A DNA stretch of 64,000 nucleotides, from NCBI GenBank assembly GCA_963920595.1, contig OY986949.1, forward strand, positions 4,216,001 through 4,280,000, read 5' to 3'. Below are positions 52,856 to 64,000 of the stretch, one piece after another; within the stretch, counting starts at the first letter, position 1; each line of letters starts with the position of its first letter. The notes beneath the pieces are model-generated. The model was not told where the DNA came from, did no database searches, and saw nothing but the letters and a program-made list of their open reading frames with translations. The stretch is from Eimeria praecox (Eukaryota). The translations under genes were made by a program, and so were the position numbers.

Positions 52856-53842
52856 ATGGTGTCTCAGCGTCCAGTGAAGCTGCCCCATTCTTGGCAAGCG
52901 ACATGCAAGAATTGTTTGTATTCTCTACTGTTTGCCTCTGCAGTGCTTCTGTACATTGTCATATCTAAAGCTTGTTCGTGGAAGTGGCATGGGGAGCCTC
53001 AGGTGTCGATGCTCTCGTTGCCCCTTCAGACAAATTGGCGGTTGCTGATCACCCCCAAGGTGAGTTGCGCTGAAGATCCACCCTTTGCGGCGCTGATGGT
53101 GATGACAGGAGCTGGGGACTCTGAAGGGCGGATGGTGGTGCGGAACACATGGGGAGAGGCCAGCCGGGTAGCCAACAGGCGTATTCGTTTATTCTTCCTG
53201 TTAGGCACAGTGAAACAGCAGGAGGTGCAAAAGGCGGTAGAGAAGGAGGCAGAGGCGTACGGAGACATTCTGCAACATGCAGCCCCTGACAAATACACTA
53301 ATCTTTCAACAAAGGCAGCAACAATGATCCAGTGGATGGCAGAGTCTTGCCCTCAGGCTAAGTTTTTAGTCAAGGCAGACACGGATACATTAGTGAACTT
53401 GGATTTAATGATTCCCTATTTGATAAAAGTGGAGAACAAGGGGGATCTGGCTTTAGGCTCTCGCCTTGACAACATGCCTATCATTACTTCTGAGAAGTCA
53501 CGCAACTACCAGGATCCTTTAGTGTTTCCGCGGAAGACATTCCCCCCTTATCTTTCAGGAGCCTGTTATATTGTGTCTGGAAGCCTGATCCAGAAAGTGG
53601 CGCGTGTGTTGCCAGAAGTACCACGTGTCAGGAATGAGGATACCTTCTTAGGAATGTGCTTAGAACGCCTGCGAATTGAACCCACTGACATAGGGCCGGA
53701 GGCGCGCATTAATCCTTGGTTTGACCCGGCCAAGGGACCCTGTGCTGCATTTCGTCTAGCTGCAGCTCATGCCTTTAAGCGAGACCTCTTGGTTGCCATT
53801 TGGAAGTGGTGGAAGACCGAAGGAGCCAAGATGTGTCACTGA
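52856..53842 (+). CDS. Beta-1,3-galactosyltransferase-like glycosyltransferase (GT31), paralog of 45867-46829
   Basis: TM (LYSLLFASAVLLYIVI), RMVVRNTWG, FFLLG, YGDILQ, KADTDTL (DxD), FPPYLSGACYIVS, NEDTFLG. ATG at 52856 follows a pyrimidine tract and CAG; the ORF is open from 52736. Confidence 0.9.
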   Translation: MVSQRPVKLPHSWQATCKNCLYSLLFASAVLLYIVISKACSWKWHGEPQVSMLSLPLQTNWRLLITPKVSCAEDPPFAALMVMTGAGDSEGRMVVRNTWGEASRVANRRIRLFFLLGTVKQQEVQKAVEKEAEAYGDILQHAAPDKYTNLSTKAATMIQWMAESCPQAKFLVKADTDTLVNLDLMIPYLIKVENKGDLALGSRLDNMPIITSEKSRNYQDPLVFPRKTFPPYLSGACYIVSGSLIQKVARVLPEVPRVRNEDTFLGMCLERLRIEPTDIGPEARINPWFDPAKGPCAAFRLAAAHAFKRDLLVAIWKWWKTEGAKMCH

Positions 53843-55786
53843 TTCAGCAGGTTGTGCTCCTTCGTGACACCCTAGTGACTAAGTAAGTGCGTTCAGAGCC
53901 GGATTAAACCTGCCCCGCAGTGCAAAATTACGCAGGTGAAAAATTCAATCTTTTTGCTTTCATCAGGCTTTATTAGTCCAGTTGAACTTGCTTTGCCGTG
54001 CCTTTGTTTTGCTTGAGGTAGTCCGACAGGCGGCTACCAACCACAGCTGAGTCAGTCCTCGTACAGATTGTCAGCGCGTTTTTTTTATCAACACAGATTT
54101 AGGGGTCGCTCCTGGCACTTCAGTGAGTGCCGGATGATCCACCTAAAGGCACGTCGTCGTCTTTATTTTGGCTAGCAAAATTTGGCTTCAGAGAGCTAGC
54201 CACAAGCTAGTGCAACAAGGTTTTTCAGGTCCTTCTTCCATCGTGATCCATATGGGTGGAGGACCCCTGGGAAGTGCACGCTTGAATGAGCCGCGCTCGT
54301 GACACCGTCGAGGCAGGAACTCGAGCAGGTTTTCCTTCCAACGCTCCAACATTTGCGCAGACCGAACATCTCCTTGCTCCTGCTTCCGTTCAAAGGTTAC
54401 TCATATGAACCATGAATCTCCATGGCTGTATACGCTACAGCATTTGATACGTATAGCTTCTAGTCAATGCAACAACCGCGAGTTGCTTATTCTGCGAGGG
54501 AAAGGAAGCCGGCAGGCCTTCACATCCCCTTAAAGATGAATAGAAGAGAACATGGGCTCCAAGTCACAACTAATATATAAGCATGGGGTGGGTTTTCCAA
54601 GTTGGTGCGCTACACTAAGCAATGGTCTATCTCGTTGCTGCCGTGCGAGGCGGATACTATGCTCGTCGTGATATTACTCAGCAGTGCCTACCTAAAATTG
54701 TGCGTTACTGTTGGAGATCAACATGTAAGGCATGCAGTGTGCTAATCTTAGCCAAGTGCTTGCTGGGTGGTGCAAATTTTCGCGTGTTTCAGTACAATCG
54801 AGGAAAGCAGCCTTCCGTAGGCTATCGATTCGGCAAATCCAGTCAAAGCTACGCTTGGTAGGGAAATAGGGAGGATTTAATCGACGAAGAGGAAGAAAAA
54901 GGACTTCGTTTTGGGTAAAAAGCATATATTTGCTGCGGATTTACCTTAAATATTGTCTTCTCCCGGCATCGTGGCCTGGGGGCTGACGACAACTGGTTCC
55001 GGTGTTGCAGCTAGCGTGAGGAGATTGGGCCGTCACCGCATGAGGACCAACGCTACCTTCTAGAGCTCTTTTTCCACCCAGTTCACAATAATGAATCCAA
55101 ATAGGTGTTAATTTTTCACGGTTTGTTCTTCCTCGTGGAGCTGGCCGCCGCTCGATAGGCCCCGCTGCCGCCAAGGCATTCGAAAGAGACCATAGCCGCC
55201 GGCGATTTGCAGCGACGGCCTGGCATCAGTTTCCCCTCCTAATTTCCCGCCCTCTGGTCGTTTTGATTTCCCTAAAAGTGTTCAGAGCTTGATTTACTTC
55301 CTTGACCGACTGCAAACCTGCAGTCAAGCAGAAATTTCGCCTCGCCGAAAGCATCGGCGCCACAGGAGCACTGGCAGGCATCCTTCGACGAGCCGGGTGA
55401 AGCATTCGTTGGTCGCAAGCATCAGTTCTTTTTTCCCCCACAAAGGTATAAAAGCTGGAGAAAGGCAGTACCTTATAATATACGAGAGTGCCAACAGATG
55501 AGGCGCGTGCCGATAGTTACGAGTTTCCCCTCTCCAGCAGCCTCGGATGCCAGAGGCCATTGATATCAGACCACTTTTGTGGATCCCTCGCCACGACCAT
55601 GGCAAACACTAGAGTCATTTATGCGTAACTCCTCGGAAGCTTTAAGGGTCTGCCCCAGACGAAGCATTTGGCTACATGTGCACACTGAACTACAGCTTGG
55701 CAGCCTCGAGCGGTAGTTAGTGTTGGCCTTTTGTAATTTGCCACAGAAACTTCCGGATTCCTCTTTTGTGCATTTTTTCAGGTAAT

Positions 55787-57574
55787 ATGAAGCAGAACCA
55801 AGCGGGCCCCGGCTCGCCCTTGAGCGGGTCGCAGCCCAGCTCCGGCCCGAACACGACGCGTTCTGTTATCCCTGAGGCGACGTATCCCTTGAACGCAGCA
55901 GGAAAAGTACCAGAAACACGTCCTGCGCGTCTTATCTTACGCCCTTATGACATCAACACTACAGGTTACTCCGCCATGGCCCCTATGCATTCTTCTCGGT
56001 CAGACGGTCTGCGATTCTACAACAAGCAGGTGGCCCCTCCTTCTCCTCTAAAGCAACAGCCTCAGCCTTTTTACCAAACCTCGATCGAAGACCCCCCTAT
56101 TAAAGGACAAACTGTCTATTCTCATCCCACCAAGCCCCTCGTTAGCACGCTGCCTGCACTACACGAGCCATCCCAGCACATGCCTGTGGAATTCGGCCGC
56201 GCCACAATGCCAGTTAGCATGTACGACATGCCCCCGCCTCTGCTCGAGAACAAGTCTCAGAAGGAACAAGCCTTTTTACAGGGCTGGAACAGAGTAGATC
56301 ATGCGGGAGCGGTCGCCACCTGCCGGCTCGAGCGCGTGCCCCTCCCCATGTTGGAGCGGATTCCCGGTGGCCCCGGTAGCATGCGTCTTCAGGGGCCTCT
56401 GGTCAAGATCAAGCTGCCCCAGGTCCCCTCTGTAGAGGGAGACCTCCGTCGCTTTTGTCAAAGGATTTTGACGGCTTTCAGCGGAGCAGCTGACGACTGT
56501 CGCCGGCTCCTTGTCCCGTGCACTCAGTTGCGCCTCCCTAGGTTCGACTGCTGCGCGCCCCAAACTCCAGTGCTTCAGGAATGCAAAAATTGCGGTTATA
56601 AAGGTCACTTCTGCCCGGAGTGCGGCACAGGACCGAGTGGCCGCAGCATGATTGCCGATGGGGCTCCATTTGCTCGAGTTCAGCCATCAAGAGGCATACT
56701 GGGTGCGTTTTTTCCCTTTCCACTCCCGTTTCCTAACCGTGGCAGAAGACAAAAGCCTAAAGAGTCTCGCTCTGGGTTCATGCTTTGCGCTATAGCCAGG
56801 AAGCATAGGGGAGCAGCATGCTAGGTTCTGCTTTGCCTGCCTCAGCCTCATCGCACAGGCGAGCGCTTGAAATGAACGTAAATGAACGTCACATGCATAT
56901 CGCCTTTCTGCTTCTATATTAATTGTGCTTGCGTTTCTATGCTCAGTGGCGCAGGAAGGGTGTTTGGAGAGATGCATGCGGTGGCACTGCTCTCTATTCG
57001 AGGAGGTGGGAGATGCAATTGATCAGGAGATTCTGTGCGATCGGGCAGGCAGCGTTTTTCGTGAATGCGGAGAGTTTATCGATAATCTCGTGGCGGAAGG
57101 AATCCACGCAATTAGCTTCAACTGTGCAAACATCTGTGGAGCGATTCCCGGAAGAAGCCGCGCCTTGGTCGAGGGCTACCCCATGTACGAGCCAGAGCCT
57201 CAGTTCCTGCGCAAGGAACGGCCTACAGGTGCAACAGGTTAGTGGAGCGTCTCATGTGTGTGCTGAAAATGCGAAGGAAAAGGCGGTTCAGACAAGTGTT
57301 GGAGAACAGATCTGGGCCGCTTGCCACGCTACCAATGTTGCAATATACCTACCTATCTTGAAAGTTTGTACTGACAGGAGGAGCTTGCCCCTCTATGCTG
57401 GCTAGTCGTGTTGATTCGCAGGAGCCCTCTCGAATCCCTAAAGAACTTCCAGGCCGCCTGAGTGATGAGAGGGATTCATGGCGCCCTCATTGAGAGGCTT
57501 CGCAGTGCGGATGCCGCCTCTGCTGTCCCAAACGCACTGCTTACTCCATCAGCTTCTGTTTTTTTGCCTGCGGC

Positions 57575-57660
<86 letters not shown>

Positions 57661-57857
57661 TGTATGTGCTCTTTCATTTAGGCAACGCCTGCGTGGACCA
57701 GATCAACGCTTTCCTGGACGCCTGTATGGTTGAACGCTCCAAATATAACCCAGAGTTACCTCCCCCTCCCATTCCAGATACGCAGAAGACCGGCAACTGG
57801 CTTATCGATGCCACCAACGCAGCGCTAGACTATTGTCTGCAGGACGTACGCCTCTAG
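55787..57857 (+). CDS. Hypothetical protein with Pro-rich N-terminus, CxxC...CxxC zinc-ribbon-like motif and Cys-containing C-terminal repeat
   Basis: Phase-consistent exons 55787-56702 (G|GTGCGT), 56947-57237 (CTCAG|; G|GTTAGT) and 57682-57857 (TTTAG|). Contains ECKNCGYKGHFCPECG and two TGNxxxDxxNxxLDxC copies. An acceptor-like TTTTTTCAG just upstream of the ATG suggests an upstream exon. Confidence 0.7.
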
Positions 57858-58107
57858 CTGTTCCAGTTGCAATATGCCTACCTATCTTGAAAGCTCGTAC
57901 TAACAGAAGGAGCTTGCTCCTCTATGCTGGCTAGTCGTATTGACTCACAGGAGCCCTCTCAAATCGCTAAACAACTTCTGGGCCGCCTGAGTGGCTGGAG
58001 GGTTTCATAGCGCCCTCATTGGCAGGCTTCGCAGTGCGGATGCCGCCCCTACTGTCCCAAACGCACTGCTTGCTCCATCAGCTTTTGTGTTTTTGCCTGT
58101 GACGTCT
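57337..58107 (+). repeat. Diverged ~240-bp direct repeat (57337-57577 and 57866-58107)
   Basis: Both copies begin GTTGCAATAT(A/G)CCTACCTATCTTGAAAG and share GGCTTCGCAGTGCGGATGCCGCC and TGTCCCAAACGCACTGCTT, with scattered substitutions. Confidence 0.95.
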
Positions 58108-60120
58108 GCAGCGCACACCTCCGCCATTGCCACCTCCTCGCAAGAAGGTCTGCCCCCTGGAAATGCTCATTCCTCCTTGCTGCCGCGAGCGGCCTCCCGC
58201 TGTGGTGCCTCCTCCAAAACAGCGTACGTTGTCGCGCTTCTGTTGTTACTTTTAAACGGCGCAGATGGCGCTTGAAGAGAGCAACTGTCCCTGATCCCTT
58301 AAGTGTGGTTCACACTAGCTTCATGCCACATCAAATACACTAAAGTTAGGAACGGGTGTTGGAGGTATGAGAGTCAACTTTCACTAAAACTCTGATTTGT
58401 TTCAATCTGCTGCAGCGATGTGCCCGCTTTTGGAACGGTGCATGGGCCGAGGTCGTGACTGTCCTCACTGCCATCAACCTATTCGTCCCTCGGGAGGCAC
58501 ATGTAAGCCTTGAAGCTTCCCGCACGCGTATTTTCCTCAGAGGTCTTAGCAGCAATATATGCTGCCGTTGTGCGTGCCAGAGTACTAGTGCTTGCTTTTT
58601 TACCGTGCTTTAGCCAGTGGATCTGCAGCCACTCTGTTGCTTATTTTGGATCATTCCAACGGAACATGAATTCTTGGGTTCTTGGTAACACCATTTCTGC
58701 TGCAATTTTCGCCCACAAATGCTCTTGGTGCCTCTGATATCCATAATGTGGCCTTTCCGCGCTTGTGCCCTCTTTAAATAGGCCCCAAAGAGCAAATAGG
58801 TGGTTGCCAGATCCAACTATGTCCCCTCCGTGAGCCTGAAATTACAGTTGTTCCCACAGGCCCCGCCTTAGTGTATCCCTACAGAGAAGAAGGTGAGAGA
58901 ACAGCACGTTCCTGGCGAGCTTGGCATACCCAACTCAGTTAGCCCTCATATACTGACACGGAGTAGCTGCAAAACTCTGCTCCATGCCAGCTTTTCTTAG
59001 TCTTTAAGCAGCATATTTAACCGGCAGCTCTGTGATGGTTCCCTGTGAAGATGATTTGTCCTTTCGTTCCCTTTCGCGCCGTGTTTCTCTGCGCATTATG
59101 TGTGGCTTGTCCTCTTTGCACTTCATTATCTATGTTTGTGTAGATCCGCACTACTTTGCCTTTCCTGTGTATTTTTTTGGCCGCAGCATACCGAGTGCGG
59201 GACCGGTCTGGACTGGTAGAGGTGTTGGACGATCATGCAGAAGGAGTGCAGCTCCCTCAAAAGTTGGTCGTCACTGAGCCGGTGATGTAATATTGAAAAG
59301 AAAGGCCAGTATGCTGGTTGCCCTTGTGAACAAGCATGCTCACAACGATGTTGCCGAGCTCGCGCGAAGCCTACTGGCAACTGCTCTTTTTAGCCGCTCA
59401 CGACTTCCCATTTGCCGAACTTCGTCTTCGTTGGTCGAATTCGACGCAGAAAATGCTTAAAGTAGCGAGCGATGAGACCACTGATTCGTAGTTATGCCGC
59501 ATCCTGTCCCAGGTGCGCATCTGCTCACTGATTTATTGCTCTCTGGCCTGCTGAACTTGCTCTCATGAAAGGTATTAACTATTTAAGCTTGATCCTCTAG
59601 CTCAGTAACCAGTATATGCATGTAAAGATTACTTGTTTATTATAAAATGCCGCACGCGGATTATTTGGTTTCTACACACCTTGTACTCGGCGATCCCGAC
59701 TACCATACACGCCACCATATATTGCTCCTGTGCTGTACAAGTGAAGAAAAACCGCTCTACCGCTATTGAAAACAAACAAACCCGCTAATTCTAGGTCCTT
59801 CAGGCTTAAAACTCGTGGCTGAGGCCGTCTCTAGAGCAGGCACTACATGGATACAGCAGCTGTAGCAGCCGTAGGCCGCCAAGGCTACCTATCTTCGGGA
59901 ATTCCTGATAAACAAAACCTACGGACCCCTTGCCTGCAGCTCCGACAGTGGCTCAGAACCCAGACTGCAAAGGTGACAAAGAGCAGTTGCCATCGTCAGC
60001 ACAAAGAACTGCTGCTTCCCAGCAGTAAAGTGTTCGTTGCATAGAGGACGCACATACGGCACATGCGTAGTGGAAGGGTAGCCTTTCTCTGTTGTCTGAG
60101 CCGCGGCGAAACCTGACCTA

Positions 60121-61980
60121 TCACATGAAGTCAAAGTCTACAAACTCCTCCGGCGCAGTTGTAATGAGCAACCACCACAGCAGAAAGCCAGCTACCATGA
60201 TCAAAGATAATACCTTCAACACAGGACGGTGAAGCCCCAAGGTCTCACCCACTGTTTTCTTGCACGTTGGGACAAGGTCAAACCCACTCTTCCGTGCGTC
60301 CCTGCCTGTAATTGACTCACGCTGCTGAAAACCTCCCAAATTCGAAAATGCATTGGCTGAGCCTCTGCTAGAAGAGGACGGTACATTCCGCTGCTGCTGA
60401 TGCGGCTGTTGCTGCTGGCTGTAAGCTGCGGATCCTGCACTAAAGCGGCCCACCGTGCCCTGGAGTTTGGGGGTGTCCGCGTTGCCTCCTCTGTAGGCGG
60501 AGCCTGCCAAAATATCTTGAAAAGCTTTTTTGAACTGGGCAGAACTCCACGAATCGTACGAAGTGTTGAGCAGGCGAAACAGGCACACAATGAACACCAC
60601 AACGAACCGCACACCAAACTTCAGAGTACCTACTAGCTGCTGTAAACCCCCACAAGGGTCCTTATACCCTGAGGGCGTCGTTTCCATCCCAAAGGCAGAA
60701 GGGGCCACGCCGGGAATCTTGTCACTCCGACGGGCCGAACTCATTCTTCCCAGCCTCTCTGTAACCCTAGTCGAAACGGCACCGTTGCTCAACTCGTGAA
60801 GCTGCGGAGGGCTCGGCCAAGACCGTAGCATCACCTTTTGCTGTTGCGAATGCTGCTGCGTTTGCTGCTGCTGCGGTTCCTGTTGCTGTGGGTGAAGCTG
60901 CTGCAGCGGTCCCGGCTGCAGCATCTGCTGATGCTGTTGACCAGCAGCTTGACTGGTGAAGGTAGAATCCCCTTGCGCGTTATGATGACTCTTCACCGTG
61001 GCCACAGAATGGATGATACCCTTCGCGATTCCTGAGAAGTGTGCAAGATTTGCGCCGCTTGTCTGTGCTGGAGCAGCAGTCGAATCAGCACAGGACAGAC
61101 TAGCGGTATTGTCTAGGGCTCGTTCATGAGAGGTCTCTGCGTAGCAGCAAAGAAGGCCTGTCCTTTCAAAGGAAGCTGTTAACTGCGAAAGCTCTCGTTG
61201 GTCTGAGGCGTCAAGCTGCAGAGACCCGTCATCACCGTCTACCAAGTCTGCATGCGCATTCCCAGCGCTAGTGAGCGGGTCCCGAACGGTCCAGCTGCTG
61301 CTCAAGCTACCCTGTACTTTTTGCTGCTGCCGCTGCTGCGGCTTCTGCTGCTGCCGCTGCCTCGGTAGGAAACTGCTTTGGCTATTCTCAAGATGCCATG
61401 AATAGTTCGTACCGCCCGAGGGAGATTTTCCATGCTGGCGGACGCCACCGCTAGGAAGGTTTAATGGGGGTTGCTGCAATTGCAGGCCTCTATGAACCGA
61501 AGGGGCTCGGATCCGCGGTAAAGGGGGGCCATGGCGCACAGCGTTGGCCCGTGTTGGGGCATGTAATGCGGTGGAGGCAACTGCCGGAATAGCAGTTCTG
61601 CACGGGCTCTGGCTGCGGAAGCGGGAAGCTGACGGGGAGTAGTTTGACGGAGCGGGAATCTCATGAGGCTGTTCGCCTCCCAAGCCGTCGTCTCCAAGTC
61701 CTGTGTTCCTGCTACGGCGGCGCGAGCTGCTGGTTGCCTTCATGTAGTTCCTCTGAGCGCCTTCACGTGGCTGGGAGGCGAGGCTTGACGAAGAGCGGCT
61801 CACTGAGCGCGAGCGAGGAGTGTGGGCTCGAAGGTTTCTGACAAAGTTCTGAGTCTGCTGATCCGTGCCGCATGCACTGGGACGGCGTGTGGGAGCCGTA
61901 TCGTTGAAGATGGTGCTGGTGCGCTGCTTTGCTGCAATTGTTTGGGCCAGGGCCCTGGCTGGCATTGAAGGCAACGGCAT
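60121..61980 (-). CDS. Hypothetical membrane protein, disordered S/R/Q-rich N-terminus, two hydrophobic segments
   Basis: 619-aa ATG-initiated ORF in repeat-poor DNA; hydrophobic stretches FGVRFVVVFIVCLFRLL and VLSLIMVAGFLLWWLLIT near the C-terminus. Confidence 0.75.
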   Translation of the reverse strand: MPLPSMPARALAQTIAAKQRTSTIFNDTAPTRRPSACGTDQQTQNFVRNLRAHTPRSRSVSRSSSSLASQPREGAQRNYMKATSSSRRRSRNTGLGDDGLGGEQPHEIPAPSNYSPSASRFRSQSPCRTAIPAVASTALHAPTRANAVRHGPPLPRIRAPSVHRGLQLQQPPLNLPSGGVRQHGKSPSGGTNYSWHLENSQSSFLPRQRQQQKPQQRQQQKVQGSLSSSWTVRDPLTSAGNAHADLVDGDDGSLQLDASDQRELSQLTASFERTGLLCCYAETSHERALDNTASLSCADSTAAPAQTSGANLAHFSGIAKGIIHSVATVKSHHNAQGDSTFTSQAAGQQHQQMLQPGPLQQLHPQQQEPQQQQTQQHSQQQKVMLRSWPSPPQLHELSNGAVSTRVTERLGRMSSARRSDKIPGVAPSAFGMETTPSGYKDPCGGLQQLVGTLKFGVRFVVVFIVCLFRLLNTSYDSWSSAQFKKAFQDILAGSAYRGGNADTPKLQGTVGRFSAGSAAYSQQQQPHQQQRNVPSSSSRGSANAFSNLGGFQQRESITGRDARKSGFDLVPTCKKTVGETLGLHRPVLKVLSLIMVAGFLLWWLLITTAPEEFVDFDFM

Positions 61981-64000
61981 TTTTCAAGCGGAGCAGGGCG
62001 GGGCTGAGCTCCACAGCCGCCAAAAATCATTAAACGGTGAAGCCCAATAGTACGCCTCTGAGAGCTTCGCGGCACTCCGCTTTGGTGTTGTGGTGGCAGC
62101 TTTCGAGAACATCAAACACGAAAGCTACGAGGCATGACGCACAGACTGGAAGCCGTAGGCTTAAGGCAGCGCTGGCATTTCAGTTAGCACAATCTATCAG
62201 TTTTTGGACCTTTACTCGAAACAGGCGTGAGACCTGGTGCTAGCACGTGGACGAGGGCAATTTCCGCCCTAGACCACTGGGATGCAGAACGCAGAAAGGA
62301 AGATAGAGTGGAGAGTGCGAGGAATGGCCTCCGCGAGGCATCTTCCCGCCTCTACGCAAAAACGCAAAGTAAGAAAACTGGTGGAAAAACCAAGGTTTTG
62401 ATCAAACGCAATTTTTCTGGAGAACCACGTGTTTTTCGGATGGGGCTGTGAACCTTGGGCTGTTTGGGGTGGGGTTGTGCACGGTGTTCTGTGTCTTGCA
62501 CTCCAAAGCAGCATGCATCTAAAAATGTTACTGTACTTGCTCAGGGCCATTGCTGCATCATCTTCTCGTTGACGCTTCTGTGTTCATTTGCCGTAGAGGC
62601 CCCTGTTTTCGCGGCAGCGCGGGCAGGCACACTGGTTGTTACAGCGTAATGCATCAAACAAGGAGTTTTCACGGGAAGCAAGACCAATTTCTGGCATCGT
62701 CTGAGAATTCATGGAGGTACAAGGTGCAAGGCCGGCACACGTTGCAACGTATATATATGAGGTGGCTACTTTGGGCTCATGTGTAGCTGTCTGGAGGTGG
62801 TGTTTGCAAATTTAACATATGTCCGACGTTAGTACGTAAATTTCTACTTGCGCAGAAGCTAGTTACTGATGTTTGAATGCTTAGCAGCAGACTACATCGT
62901 TACTGCGCACACTAAAAGCGGTAAAAGCGGGTGCGCGTACTCTTGCATGTGGGGTTTTGTAGCTTGCTCTGCTGGATGCTGGTACTCGACGTGCCCACAG
63001 GCTGACTATGGAGAATCAAGCAAGTGTTTAACGACAGCCTACACTAAAGTCTGCAATGATAGCAAATGCTGGAAAGTGGGGTAGAGGTTGCGTAACTAGA
63101 GTACTCGATCGATGACTGTCATGAGCTGCAGTAAAGTCAAATACTTGCGAAAACGAGTTCACAAAAAGCAGCTGCTCTCCCCAAGAGCCTCCTGGCATCC
63201 TGAGAGCAGCGGCCGAAGGGCTTGATCAGGGGTAGAATGGCAAGCTGTCCTGGGTTGCAACGCGCCTTGCTGCAAGTAATGTAGCAAGGCAACCCCACGT
63301 GCACGCACAGCCAATCTACATTCGCGAACAATCTGTAGTGTAGAGAGTCGTTAAACACTTACTTGGTGGTCCACTATATTGATACTCTGTGAAGTAGAGG
63401 CACGAGTATCAACAGCACGCAGGCGCTGGTACAGTTTGTGCGAGCGCGTGGGGTTGAACCTTCCCGTGTGCTGCAACCCATGGAAGGCCAGCCCGTGCGC
63501 GCACCAGCCGAGGCCTTTGAGCCACTGCTCTCAGGATGGAAGGAAGCTGGAGGGTATGTCAGCTGCTGTTTGCGGACCCTTTCTTCATATCGTTGAGCCT
63601 AATGCCGCTCGCGGCTGTCTCCAGCTAAGATCGAGCACTGTCGTTACAGGCTCCTTTGTAACAGGAGCCACTTAGATGCGCCTTAGAGCTCAAAAGCTGC
63701 TTTTTCTTAGCTTCAGCCCAGGCATTTGCCTCGTTGTGCCCAGCATGCGCTGCGACCGGGGGGCAGCTAGCCGCTTCTTGAAACTATCCCCGCAAGTATT
63801 TTTGTTCTTTTGCAGCCCATGACGCTCGTCATTTAAGATTAAGGACTCTCAGTACACTTAGTAGCACAGCATCGCTGATGGCTGCAGGTGCGAGCAACCC
63901 ATCCCCAGAGTTGGGAATGGGATCGCTCTCCCCGGCTTCGCGCAATGGTCACACCACTAATTAATTGTGAAGGTGCTTTGCCAAAAATAGCTCAGATACT

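Noticed and set aside
62000..64000. Short ORFs in the last 2 kb (also 54000-55700 and 58200-60100)
   Set aside because: All under about 100 aa with no motifs; no tRNA, rRNA or other RNA gene recognisable by eye.

Overview
Eukaryotic, intron-rich apicomplexan DNA with the repeat signature of an Eimeria (coccidian) genome: dense (CAG/CTG)n in exons and introns, internal telomere-like (AAACCCT/AGGGTTT)n arrays, and TGCATGCA motifs. The window crosses from a repeat-rich compartment (1 to about 35-42 kb) into a repeat-poor one (about 42-64 kb). Most ORF-track entries are alternate-frame artefacts of CAG repeats. Spliced models read by hand give, in order: a chorein-N/VPS13-like gene (-, runs off the window); an RSPH14-like armadillo gene (-) with a large insertion carrying a 7-copy DGx[FY]G[FW] motif; a secreted protein (-) with about 115 (E-K/R-A-A-A) repeats and a possible rhoptry-pseudokinase-like C-terminus; ACL4 (+); PRP16/DHX38 (+, with a 1-nt frameshift in motif VI and a GC-AG intron); a NOA1/YqeH GTPase (-); a small LTR-like/gag element; two head-to-head GT31 glycosyltransferase paralogs flanking a decayed Ty3/gypsy (chromovirus-like) pol; and two hypothetical genes. 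All family assignments come from motif recognition by eye; no database searches were run.
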